Below the pieces are notes generated by a model. It was given only the letters and a program-made list of their open reading frames with translations. It had not been told where the DNA came from and ran no database searches. 64,000 bases of DNA from Eledone cirrhosa (taxonomy: Eukaryota): positions 301,320,001-301,384,000 of the forward strand of contig OZ024741.1 of the NCBI GenBank assembly GCA_964016885.1, in the 5' to 3' direction. Below, in pieces: positions 1-12,724 of the stretch. A program made the position numbers and the translations under genes. Position 1 is the first letter of the stretch, and each line of letters opens with the position of its first letter.

Positions 1-1101
1 ATATAAAGGAGAACAAACCGTTAAAACATGTTTATTAAAAAATAGCAACCACGTACGTTTCGCCCGAAATGGCTTCTCAAGGGCATAAAAAACTCAAAAG
101 CGTTCCTTACATAACCCAGAATGGGTTTTTAGAAATAAGTTCACGTCACAGTTCATTCTTCGTTAAAAAACATGTATTGATTTTTCAGTAGGTCAAGGGA
201 GATAACTCTAAACGGTGTTAGAGCAGTATTCTCCAGGCGACTTTTTATCCGTTATTACTTTGTAGTTACAGCTTTACCATTGTCGATACGCACAGTGTCA
301 GGTATGCAACGTTAGTTTCCAGAGGTTTTTTTTCTGCGCCTGCTCGCCTGGGTCGATTAGTGCCGGGTCTGGGATGCATGGTTAGTTTCCGAATGTTTTT
401 TAGAGCGCCTGCCCGCCGGGATGTTAAGGTTTGGTGCAGGGTTACCCGGTTTACGGACTTCACTCCTCATTCTTATTCCATCTGGAGTAGGATATTTTTA
501 AGCGGTGTGTACAGCTTATCGTCGTTTCTGCTCTGCTGTTGATGAGCTCGTGGGGTGCCGTTATGATATGGTAAAGCTCTATGAAGCAAAGCTCGCACTT
601 CCTCTTGAAATTGTACGGTGCTACTCTGCCGACAATTTCCCAGTGCTTGGAGAAGCTGATGTTTGAGTCTTTTAATGCTGCATTGGTACCATTATAACCC
701 ACCGCGTGCGGGGTAGTACCATTATCATTCCGCACGCAGCAGCGTCTTCCGTTGCCGTCCGTTGCCGTCACCTGCATATTCCCCAGTCATGTCGCGGTTA
801 TGTTGGTTGCGTCTGTAGTGGCAGTTGCCAGCACTATTGGGTGCTGCTAGGAATCGTCAAGGCCGATATAGTTGTTGTCAGCTGTAGGTGTATCGGTGCT
901 AAAGTGCTGTATCTTGGTGATCGCACTGTGATTAGTTATTCCTATGAAGTCTGGTAGGTTAGGAGTAGTAGAGAAGGATATTTTGGGGTCATGTAAGGAA
1001 CGCTTTTTAGTTTGTTGTGCCCTTGAGAAGCCCTTTTGTGCGAAACGTACGTAGGTGCCATTTTTAAATAAACATGCTTAACCGTTTGTTCTCCTTTATA
1101 T
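1..1101 (-). mobile_element. Penelope-like element remnant flanked by inverted pLTR copies (1-117 and ~985-1101)
   Basis: 1-117 is a diverged reverse complement of 985-1101. Minus ORF 460-777 carries the GIY-YIG C-terminal signature HWEIV..AP.N...CELC..E...I....IN.R.E...C.H. Confidence 0.75.
1018..1059 (+). ncRNA. Type-I hammerhead motif, U3-A8 core variant (mirror copy 45-85 minus with UG at the cleavage site)
   Basis: gccc-UUGAGAA-GCCCUUUUGUGC-GAAA-CGUACG-UA-ggugc; palindromic helix III. Confidence 0.6.
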
Positions 1102-1264
1102 ATTTCTCCACGTGTATCCTCTGTGCTGATTTCCTCGCCCACTAGATATTAACACTTCTAATATTTAACACTGCAGGCACAAGCATTGAGCACACTTTGC
1201 ATATGCTATTGGCAAATAACCACATGTATCGCCTATCTCTTCTCTCTCTCTCTATAGTTAATTA

Positions 1265-1379
<115 letters not shown>

Positions 1380-1380
1380 G

Positions 1381-1779
1381 AATGACCTGTAGTATCTATT
1401 TCATACTATTATTCTTATTTAAAAATATATCTGATCAAGAATGCCTTTTGTGAAAATCAGTCATGTGGAACTATTGTCATCTTGCCTGATGGTTTGAACC
1501 CTACAGAACCACCTGCCTCTTTGAGGTCAAATACCAACCTACTACCATCTACAAACTGACCAATGAGAATCAAGATTATTCCTGCTGACAACATCAAAAT
1601 ATTCCTAACAACCTCATATGTCCCAAGGCTCTGATACCATCAACACTATACACACAGAACTAGCATATCTAAGAACTGGCTAACTGCCTGATGAGGTCAT
1701 AGCCATTCAATGGCTATCATCGAAATATATATAGCAGTAAATAAAGGATTATGAATTCATGCAATTGACTTATGTTTCG

Positions 1780-1785
<6 letters not shown>
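1381..1785 (+). mobile_element. 3' end/pLTR of a PLE between (TA)n tracts; partial second copy at 29378-29545
   Basis: Decayed ...PDGLN endonuclease terminus near 1486-1500, HHR at 1683, and near-identical sequence at 29378-29545. Confidence 0.65.
1683..1738 (+). ncRNA. Type-I hammerhead ribozyme, canonical core (copy at 29443-29498 has stem I mismatches)
   Basis: ACUGC-CUGAUGA-G..AUAGCCA uucaa UGGCUAU..C-GAAA-UAUAUA-UA-GCAGU; stem I ACUGC/GCAGU. Confidence 0.85.
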
Positions 1786-1848
<63 letters not shown>

Positions 1849-1941
1849 CGTTTCTGAATTTGTTTTCAAGATTCTTTATCTGAAATCGTGTGTTGAAACC
1901 GATATTGTTATACTTTGGGAGGGTCATGTTGCCAATAAGAA

Positions 1942-3000
1942 ATGGAAAGCATACCGCAAATAGCAAACTCCATCCACCAGAGCATTAGAGTTACTATAGA
2001 CTACCCAAGTAGACAACCCAACCATCGATTACCTGTACTAGACACAGAGCTCTGGTTAGATACCATTAACAACCAAAAACAAATCCTCCATTCCCATTAT
2101 GCCAAACCCATGACTTCCAAACATCTGATCCACCGAAACTCGACCATTTCGGACCATACCAAAATCAACATACTGATTGCGAATTTAGTACGGGTGATGA
2201 GAAATGTGTCCCGCATGTGCAACCCCGAAGAACTAGAGAGACACATACAACACTTCATCCACCGTATGCAGTTCTCTGGATACAATCAGAGAGATAGAAT
2301 CAGAGTGTATAAAGGAGCCAGAACCAAATGGGAAAAAATGGTAAATAATGACATAAATGGGACCTGCCCCTTGTATAGGAGCAAATTTTGGAATAGAATA
2401 GAAAGAACTAGGAACAAGGCCAATAGAATAAACTCATGGTATGATAGCAATAAATACCAGAGTGTAATGTTCATCAATACAACCCCTAGAGGCGAACTAG
2501 CCTACAAATTTAGAAGGGCCCTAAATAAACATAAACTCAATATTAAGATAGTAGAAAGACCAGGTACCTCCGTAAAAACACTTATTAGCAAGACATACCC
2601 GTTCCAAAGACCCTCATGTATAGATAAGAAATGTATAACCTGTAAAATAAGCCCCCATATTAACTGTAAAACTAGAAATGTAGTGTATAGCATAAGATGT
2701 ACAGAAGGACAATGTAGAAACAAAAATATAGTGTACATAGGTGAGACAGCTCGTAGTATAGGGGAACGAATAAATGAACACTGGCGAGACATCCAAGATA
2801 ATAAAGAATCATCTGTGCTCTACCAACATGCTAAGATAGAACACAGGGGTAGATTAGAGAACATAGAAATAAAAATAGAATCCACACACAGAAAAGACGC
2901 AATGTTTAGGCAAATTACAGAGGCAGTAAGCATAAAAGAATTAAAACCAAAATTAAATAGAAAATATGAGTGGAACAGCAACATCACAACTTACAATTAA
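1942..3000 (+). CDS. PLE polyprotein C-terminal part: RT thumb, Cys linker, GIY-YIG endonuclease (5'-truncated)
   Basis: LPVLDTELW, HYAKPM, CIDKKCITC, NVVYSIRC...VYIGETARSIGERINEH, RQITEAVSI..LN. Confidence 0.88.
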   Translation: MESIPQIANSIHQSIRVTIDYPSRQPNHRLPVLDTELWLDTINNQKQILHSHYAKPMTSKHLIHRNSTISDHTKINILIANLVRVMRNVSRMCNPEELERHIQHFIHRMQFSGYNQRDRIRVYKGARTKWEKMVNNDINGTCPLYRSKFWNRIERTRNKANRINSWYDSNKYQSVMFINTTPRGELAYKFRRALNKHKLNIKIVERPGTSVKTLISKTYPFQRPSCIDKKCITCKISPHINCKTRNVVYSIRCTEGQCRNKNIVYIGETARSIGERINEHWRDIQDNKESSVLYQHAKIEHRGRLENIEIKIESTHRKDAMFRQITEAVSIKELKPKLNRKYEWNSNITTYN

Positions 3001-3302
3001 GGACAAAATGAAAACACACACAGGACAAAATGAAAACACACACACACATAGAACAAACAACTTACAATTAAGGACAAAATGAAAACACACACAGGACAAA
3101 ATGAAAACACACACACACATAGAACAAACAACCAACCAACAATAAATAAATAAATAAATAAACAAATAGATAAATGAACACAAACACACACAGACACCCG
3201 GATGTGGCGCATACGCAAACTGAGCACACAACACACACACAGAAACAAAATGGCGTATGATAGAAGAAAGGAAAGGCACAGAAACAAAGGAAAGGAATCC
3301 CC

Positions 3303-3347
3303 AGTCACTGAAGAGGTCACATAGTGTGTGACGAAAGGACTATGACT
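3303..3347 (+). ncRNA. Minimal type-I hammerhead in PLE pLTR, extra nt after A9
   Basis: AGUCA-CUGAAGA-G-GUCACA uagug UGUGAC-GAAA-GGAC-UA-UGACU. Confidence 0.8.
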
Positions 3348-3505
3348 ATATATAAACAACTATCTGGTTGTGGAACCAACCAACCAACCAGAAATTTATA
3401 AGTTTGTAAATTTGTAAATTTATAAATTTATAAATATATAATAAATTGAAGTGAAAGCAACTGGTGCGTGTGTTTCTTATTGGCAACATGACCCTCCCAA
3501 AGTAT

Positions 3506-4452
<947 letters not shown>

Positions 4453-5020
4453 ATATATATATATATATAGGAACGAGTAGGACCCCACCCTACTACCCTA
4501 AGTATTGAGTACTTTGGTGCGTTATGGTCCACCTGGTTCCTTACCACAATTCCTTCGTTATATATATATAATAAAGAGGAATTAAAAGATGCTTATAAGA
4601 GTTCCATATATTTTATTATGCGCATTTCGAATACAAAATCATCCTGGGATAAAAATTGTGTTCTCATCAGATAAAATAAGGTAACGTGATAAGAGGCATA
4701 ATAGCACTTGTTTACAGGAAAGGGCTAAGTCTACATATGACAGAAATATAAGTGCTAAAACTATAGTAAGAAATAGATAGGAAAATAGAAGAAAGGAAAG
4801 AAGAGGAGAAAAAGGAAAAGGAAGAGAAGAAAAGAAAGGAAAAAAGAGGAGAAGAAGAAAAAAGGAAAAGGGAGAGAGAAAGAAAGAGAGAGAGAGAGAG
4901 ACTTTTGATCAGGAACGCTGTCAAAATGAAAACAGCTGTAAATAAGGGTTAAAAAGTAAATATGTGTGAATATTATAGACGGTATTCAAATGTTAGGGGC
5001 CTAAATATAGAAACTGGGTA

Positions 5021-6048
5021 TAAAGATAACTTCGAAGCTAATGCCAACTATTATAATAATGCCCTATCTAGGGCTGGATATCTAGACAAAATTAGGTATA
5101 CTAAAGATCTTAACCTTGTCAGAGCTTATAATAATTCTAGTAATGCAGCTAGTAATAATCATACTGGTAACAAAAGGAGGAGTCCTAGATATAAAAATAT
5201 CCTTTGCTACAACGCTCCCTTCTCTCTTTCCGTTATTAATAATATCTCTAAATTATTTTTTAGGGCTTTACATAACAGCTTCCCTCCTTCACATATATAT
5301 AGCAAGATCTTCAATAGGCATACTATTAAATTCTCGTATTCTACTACTTCGAACATTTCTAAAATTATCTCAAGACATAATTCTAAAATATTAAATAATA
5401 ACTCATATGCATCCAACCATGAGAGTCATAATAAGGCCCGACGTCAATGTAAACTCTAGGCAAAATAACACAAGTATACAAACGAAGTCAAACGTAACTT
5501 TGAGGAATGCATCAAATAGTAATGTAAATCTGGAAACATTAGCACCTCCTTTAGTTAATTCCACCACTCCAGTTCCTAATATAATTAATCCTGGGTCACT
5601 TGCAAATAACTCTGTAAATAATCTTAATCGTAAATGCAACTACCCTATTAGAACTAATTGTCCTCTTAGTAATTTCTGTCTCGATAAAAACCTAGTGTAC
5701 GAATGTAAAGTGGTAACTAGTACCAACACCTATACCTACATTGCCTCTACTTCTACCTCCTTTAAAACAAGATTCTATAATCATTCTTCAACATTTAAAT
5801 CTCCACTTAAAAGGACCAGCACCGCACTCTCAGAACTTATTTGGTCCTTAAAAGACAACATTTCTTGGCGTAAAATCTACAACGCGTCTCTATCCTCCAA
5901 TGCTTCCATATCTAGTATTTGTAATTTATGTCTAGTTGAAAAATGTACCATTATCTCGAATTTCAACACAATAATAAATCGAACAACCGACTTATTTGGA
6001 CTTTGTAATCATAAATCCTACAAGACCTTTCACAAAGTATATAGCTGA
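5021..6048 (+). pseudogene. PLE RT-thumb + CxC..CPL linker + GIY-YIG, frameshifted and 5'-truncated (Hydra-clade-like, inference)
   Basis: YYNNALSRAGY, YNAPFS, KIFNRHTIKFSYS, CPLSNFCLDKNLVYEC, YIASTSTSFKTRFYNH, CNLCLVEK across two frames. Confidence 0.82.
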
Positions 6049-6409
6049 TGTCCTTTAACATATTCCATGTGTCATGGTTATCTTTACACATCTTTCATTA
6101 TATTCTACAATGTATTAATTTGGTTTTCTCATCATATTTTAAGCCTTTGATCTTTTTTCTATAGCCTCACATTTTGTAAACAAATTATTACGTCATATGT
6201 TTTTCTGCGTTTATAAATCTTTCTAGCAATTTCCTTTATTTACTTGTTGATATAAAATAAAAATTAAATAGTATACCCCACATATATAGATTTTTATTAG
6301 AAATTATTAATTTTGACATACATAGACTATTTTTATTTCTATTTTTTATTTTATAAAAATCCTTTTTTTATATTTATTTTATTTTATTTTATTCTATTTT
6401 ATTAATACA

Positions 6410-7392
6410 CTAGCAGCAGTACCCAGCGTTACCTGGGTAGGTAAAATAATATCTGTTTTGATGAAAAGGTTTTGATCTTAGCGATTGCGAGTTTCTTGAA
6501 AATCGGTCGTAAGGTGTAGCAAATGGAGAAATGTTGAGTGAAATCGTATGGAATATGTGGGAGGTTGAAAAAATCGTATTTTGAAGAGTTAAACGGCTGC
6601 CACGCCATCCCTGAACAAAAAATGCAAAATTTAAATAAGATGTGCAATTATAGGTTCTATCGTAGTATAAAAATTAATCCAAATAAATTGATTTATGTGT
6701 GAAGTGGAGCCGAAGTTTCGAATTTGAACGAAATCGGTTGAAAAATGTGAGAGCTAATGATAGGTTCTATCGTAGTATAAAAGTTGAACCAAATAAATTG
6801 ATTTATGTGTAAGGTGCAGCCTAAGTTTCGAATTTGAACGAAATCAGTTGAATAATGTGGGAGCTGGAGCCAAAAAGGCGGAAATTTGGTGGTATTTTGG
6901 TGGTATTTTCGAATATTTAAGTGGCTGCTACGCCGTTCCTGAACAAATAATCCAAAATATAAAGCCACTTGAAGACGTGAAATAATCAGATCTAGCGCAG
7001 TATAAAATTTTAACAAAGTAGGTTAATTAACCTGGGGGCTAGAGCCGAAAAAGTGGAAATTTGAGTCTAAAAGTGGTATTTTTGAATATTTAAGCGGCTG
7101 CCACGCCATCCCTCAACAACAAATGCAAAATATAAAGCCATTACTAGATGTGCAATGATAAATTACATTTTGCTTTAAAATTTGAACGAAATCGGTGGTA
7201 AAATGTGGGAGCTAGAGCCAAAAATCTTATTTTTCGATACCTAAAAAAAGGTGACCTCTCTATCGATTTTTATATGCAGAATGACCCCGGAATAACTATG
7301 AGCCTGTAAAGTTTCATCAAAATCGGTCGTAAGATGTAGGCCCTATAGGTAATACAGACGCACACACATACTTAATGTTATATATATACAGA
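6410..7392 (-). mobile_element. Non-autonomous Helitron-type element
   Basis: Minus strand starts A|TC and ends with hairpin ACCCAG-gtaacg-CTGGGT then CTAG|T; no TSD; internal ~110-bp tandem repeats. Confidence 0.8.
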
Positions 7393-7561
7393 TTTTTACA
7401 CTTCTTAATCAAATTTTTAGTATTTAAACCCAATATAAAATAACATACCCAGTTTCTATATTTAGGCCCCTAACATTTGAATACCGTCTATAATATTCGC
7501 ACATATTTACTTGTTAACCGTTATTTACAGCTGTTTTCATTTTGACAGTGTTCCTGATCAA

Positions 7562-7636
<75 letters not shown>

Positions 7637-7838
7637 TTCTCTCTCCCTTTTCCTTTTTTCTTCTTCTCCTCTTTTTTCCTTTCTTTTCTTCTCTTCCTTT
7701 TCCTTTTTCTCCTCTTCTTTCCTTTCTTCTATTTTCCTATCTATTTCTTACTAAAGTTTTAGCACTTATATTTCTGTCATATTTAGACTTAGCACTTTCC
7801 TGTAAACAAGTGCTATTATGCCTCTTATCACGTTACCT

Positions 7839-7908
7839 TATTTTATCTGATGAGAACACAATTTTTATCCCAGGATGATTTTGTATTCGAAATGCGCATA
7901 ATAAAATA
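7839..7908 (+). ncRNA. Type-I hammerhead ribozyme, canonical core (mirror copy 4609-4678 minus)
   Basis: UAUUUUAU-CUGAUGA-GAA..UUC-GAAA-UGCGCA-UA-AUAAAAUA; 8-bp stem I and palindromic helix III. Confidence 0.88.
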
Positions 7909-8055
7909 TATGGAACTCTTTTAAGCATCTTTTAATTCCTCTTTATTATATATACTCCAGTTCTATCAACTGTTGAGTGCTACTTATCTGATATATGCAT
8001 AGTTTTATTGTTCTACAATATTACTCACCTTCTACATATATATATACATATATAC

Positions 8056-8093
<38 letters not shown>

Positions 8094-8343
8094 GAGAGGT
8101 ATAGAGATTGTTTTAGCAAGAAGCTAACGGCATTCTATAACATATATGCGACTATAACGTCAAGATGGGAAAAGTAGTTAACGAAAGATTTAGGAAAAAT
8201 AACTCAAACTCATCTCAAAAGAGAATCAGGATATAAATTCATCCACAGAATTTAGTAAAATCCATGGAAAAATCTATAGACCTTTAACTCATGATAAAAC
8301 AAAGTTTGAAACACTTATCCTTCAATTTGGAATAACATCAAAT

Positions 8344-8424
8344 GCTCTGTATAGTCTTAAAAGACTATTTCATGAAAACTTTCAGTGGAGATGGTCACGG
8401 TTGGATTTCATTCATCAGCAGAGC
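8344..8424 (-). ncRNA. Type-I hammerhead ribozyme with full helix III
   Basis: GCUCUG-CUGAUGA-AUGAAA...UUUCAU-GAAA-UAGUC uuuuaa GACUA-UA-CAGAGC. Confidence 0.88.
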
Positions 8425-8494
8425 TCAACAGAAACCAGGGCTCTCACAGTAATATATATATATATATATACAGTAATATATATATATATATATA

Positions 8495-8587
8495 CAGGGT
8501 GCGGCAAAATGACACATTTGTACGTTTAATAAAAGCGAAATAGACTAAATGTGTCAGATCATTTTCAGATCATTTTGCCGCACCCTG
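8495..8587. mobile_element. 93-bp Tc1/mariner-type MITE
   Basis: 18-bp TIR CAGGGTGCGGCAAAATGA / TCATTTTGCCGCACCCTG flanked by TA on both sides. Confidence 0.8.
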
Positions 8588-8592
8588 TATAT

Positions 8593-9083
<491 letters not shown>

Positions 9084-9084
9084 T

Positions 9085-9136
<52 letters not shown>

Positions 9137-9386
9137 AATATAATGACATCTTTTCCCTTGGGTTTAATGTCGTCACACCATGCGGCTTTCAGTATGGTGA
9201 GTCGCGTCAAATGTATCTCTGTATATTGGCAAGCATATACTATTTTTGCTTCTATATTTCTCTAAGAATGCTGTAGAATACACCTCTGATGAGTATTCTT
9301 CGTCTGCTGTAGTTTAATGTATCTAGTATAGACAATATACTGTGTTTTCTCTACGATATATGGTTATTTTTCTCTATATATATATA

Positions 9387-9570
9387 TGACCTTGACCGAC
9401 CAGTCTGTCGTGCGCCAATCGGCGCTGCTGGTCACAGCACGTCGTGCTGTTTTAGCCATAAGATAACGCCTTCCCACTGGCTGGGCAGGCAGGCCGGTAC
9501 TCATTTCTACAGCTGAGTAAACCTTTCGATTGCAAGCCCAGTGCTATAACCACTAAGCCATGCGCCTTCT
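9387..9570 (-). mobile_element. tRNA-headed SINE-like element (second family, internally deleted)
   Basis: Minus strand begins gaaggcgcaTGGCTTAGTGGttatagc (A box), similar to the heads at 26262 and 42935. Confidence 0.55.
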
Positions 9571-9614
9571 CTCTATATATATATCTATCTATCTATCTAT
9601 ATATAAATAAATAA

Positions 9615-9672
<58 letters not shown>

Positions 9673-9678
<6 letters not shown>

Positions 9679-10291
9679 ATTTTGCAATGCACTGTGTGCT
9701 TAATCAAAAGCATTTCGGAGACCTTATGCTATTGTTTTAGAGTAGTGACAGACTCACTTACTTTAATTTCAGCAAACAGGGGGGAGATAAAGCTGACAAG
9801 GCCTTGTCAGCTTTATCTCCCCCCTGTTTGCTGAAATTAAAGTAAGTGAGTCTGTCACTACTCTAAAACAATAGCATAAGGTATTCGAAATCCTTTTAAT
9901 TAAGCATACAGTGTATTGCAAAATACACTATATATACATTCATATATATATAGCTATTTCAGACCACCAATTCTAATTTTCAATTTCTGCTTGATCGACA
10001 ACCGCTCTGTATAATCAGTTCCAGATTATTTACTAGAATTCTATAAGAACCAAACATCCATGATTTCAGCAAACAGGAGGAGTAGTTGGCTTTGATAAGC
10101 ATCAATAAATTCGAAACAAGGCCTTGTCAGCTTTATCTCCCCCTGTTTGCTGAAATTAAAGTAAGTGAGTCTGTCACTACTCTAAAACAATAGCATAAGG
10201 TCTTCGAAATGCTTTTAATTAAGCATTCAGTGTATTGCAAAATACAATATATATACATTTATATATACATAGCTATTTCAGAGCACCAATT

Positions 10292-10295
<4 letters not shown>
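9673..10295. mobile_element. PLE pLTR array: palindrome 9673-9930 plus a direct tandem copy to 10295
   Basis: Palindrome centred at 9801/9802 on CAAGGCCTTG; third copy at 10117-10293; flanked by (TA)n. Confidence 0.8.
10063..10156 (+). ncRNA. Type-I hammerhead, U3-A8 variant, with long extended stem I
   Basis: GGCU-UUGAUAA-G..AUUC-GAAA-CAA GGCC UUG-UC-AGCU; 10063-10077 pairs perfectly with 10142-10156. Confidence 0.75.
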
Positions 10296-10364
<69 letters not shown>

Positions 10365-10368
<4 letters not shown>

Positions 10369-10796
10369 GTTAGAATATGTGTAATAAGGCCAAGACAATG
10401 CAGATATGGACATAGAAAAAAGAATGCAATAGTGAGAGATATTGATGAGAATTCGTCTTTCACCTTGAATTTATTTAAATGTCCTTAATTTTCGAGATAA
10501 TATCTCTTCTTCGGAGGGAAGTAAAAGTCTCAGACCAGCGTCTTTAAATTTCTAATGAAGCCATTAGAAATTTAAAGACGCTGGTCTGAGACTTTTACTT
10601 CCCTCCGAAGAAGAGATATTATCTCGAAAATTAAGGACATTTAAATAAATTCAAGGTGAAAGACGAATTCTCATCAATATCTCTCACTATTGCATTCTTT
10701 TTTCTATGTCCATATCTGCATTGTCTTGGCCTTATTACACATATTCTAACGTTTATACCTCATTACACAATGCTTCAAGTGAACTATAACCTCCTC

Positions 10797-10798
<2 letters not shown>
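10365..10798. mobile_element. Fold-back pLTR cassette (193-bp arms, 4-nt loop, 44-nt tail) with HHR-like motif in each arm (10483-10517 -, 10602-10636 +)
   Basis: Arms read as exact reverse complements. Motif CCU-CCGAAGA-A-GAGAU auu AUCUC-GAAA-AU-UA-AGG. Same family at 30051-30436. Confidence 0.85.
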
Positions 10799-10837
<39 letters not shown>

Positions 10838-10865
10838 TATAGATAGATAGAGATATATATGTATT

Positions 10866-11197
10866 ATAACAAAGAGGATGTGGTAAGATACCAGGTGGAC
10901 CATAACGCCACAAAGTACTCAATACTTAGGGTAGAAGAGTGGGTAATAGGAAAAGAGTCAGGACGCCGACGGCTGAGCACCGGCAGTTTCGGCAGCTAGA
11001 TCCGAACTAAGCCACCAGTATTAGAACGGCGGGAATTTAGCTGAACTTATAAAGGGGTACAGGATGAACTGTACATGATGAACTGTACCGCTTGATTAGT
11101 TCAGCTACATTCCCGCCTGTCAATACTGGTGACTTAGTTCGTACCTAGCTGTGGAAATGGCCGGAGCTCAGTCGTCGGGGTCCTGACTCATTTCCTA
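10866..11197. mobile_element. Fold-back pLTR cassette with ~80-nt tail and degenerate large HHR in both arms
   Basis: Arms ~10947-11065 and ~11080-11197; the tail recurs at 4485-4560 and 48689-48770. Confidence 0.75.
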
Positions 11198-11666
11198 TAT
11201 ATATATTAAATTGTTAAGATAATTATTATATTGGAATATACATATGTATGCAAATTATTTTCAAATAACATCCACATGTATTAAGAATCTTCTAGACAGA
11301 AAATTAAAGTTTCCTTATGATTTTATGCTGGTCGAAAGTATTGGTCGAAAATCAGTTTTCATGTTTTCCAAACATATATCGTAATATATTCATAAGTGTA
11401 GAAATGTTTTTCAAAGTTTCGTCAAGACCTCACAAATTAAGGAAGAAACATAATTGATTCATATGAATAGAAACGAAAATTACTCTAATTCCATAACTTC
11501 AAATTTAAACCAATATTTCTTGAACCTTCTAATTCCCTCCTTCTTTTAACCTGAAGTTTCCAGAGGAAGGTCTGCCGTCAGTTATATTGATACCAATGTG
11601 TTCCTTTTCCAACAAGCGTGATATTAATACGACTTTATGTAATTGTTTTCTATGCAATGTCATAAC

Positions 11667-11738
<72 letters not shown>

Positions 11739-11761
11739 GAGAGATAATAGAGACAAGTAAG

Positions 11762-11857
11762 ACCCCGACGGCTGAGCTCAAGCCGTTTCGACGGCTATTT
11801 CTGGACTAAATAATAATGTTTAGCCTGGTAAATAAATAGCCAAACTTATCAAGGCGT
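11762..11857 (-). ncRNA. Type-I hammerhead, U3-A8 variant with long stem II
   Basis: ACGCC-UUGAUAA-G..GGCUAUUU...AAAUAGCC..C-GAAA-CGGC uugagcuca GCCG-UC-GGGGU. Confidence 0.75.
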
Positions 11858-12724
11858 ACTTCCTTATATGGGAAGATAGTAATTGCCAAGAGGATTGGTT
11901 AAAATTTGTTATAAAGACAAATAAATCTAACATGGCATTTGGTGGAAGGTAGGGGTGGCTGAACTTGCCAGTATAACAAAGAGGGAGTGAAGAAAGCCAG
12001 TCAGGCGTTGAAAGTGAAATCTATACAGTAGATTCTAAGGATGAAGTATAAAAAGTCGAAAAATTGTACTGGAGAAAAGGAGGAGGGAGTTGAAAGAATA
12101 GGTGAGTCGAAAGGGAGTAAAATAAAAATAATAATAAAAAAATAATAAATGTATAAAAAAAATTTTGTTAAAAAATTTTTATAAAAAATTAAAAATAAAT
12201 TATTTAAAAAAAAAATGTTGATAGTGAGAAAAGAATAAAAACAACAGTAGAATCTAGAAACAGCTGCTCTAAGTAGGGATTGCTAGGAAAGTATAATAGG
12301 TAGAGAATGGGAAAATACTAAGTGATTGTAGTTGGTAGTGAAAAAATTTTAAAGCAGGCTTGACAGGGGGTCTAAAAATAGTAAAGCGTAATCAGCCAAT
12401 GCTATCTTACAATTACAGGTTAATAAGTTGAGAAACAAATAATAATAAATAATAAATTTAGAGATAGTAGAAATGGAGTAGTAACAAAAAAGAAGAAATT
12501 ACAGAGGTCTAACACATCTGCTATAAATAAAGCGTAATCAGCCAGTTCTATCTTAAAATTATTGGGGTGGTGGTACTGAGGCTACAAAGGACCGATGGGC
12601 TGCATCAGGGTAGGCGAAAGGTGAAAAACAGACGAGGAAGAAGATCGGGGGTGGAAGGAAGTGATAGGATGAGATGGGGGGGGGGGGGGAGGAATCGTAG
12701 AGGAAAAGAAAAAGGTACGTCTAC

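Larger units (their letters stand above)
4567..7952 (+). mobile_element. Penelope-like element with ~450-500-bp inverted pLTRs (4567-5020 and 7445-7952) and a nested Helitron
   Basis: Arms are near-perfect reverse complements, each carrying an HHR; internal frameshifted RT-thumb/GIY-YIG ORF. Confidence 0.9.

Noticed and set aside
9281-9345. CUGAUGA followed by a hairpin
   Set aside because: No GAAA or helix III; at best a broken HHR.
10365-10754. Perfect palindromes as amplification or assembly fold-back artefacts
   Set aside because: The same architecture recurs with diverged arms and a conserved tail at 30051 and in unrelated families. An artefact cannot be excluded for individual perfect cases.
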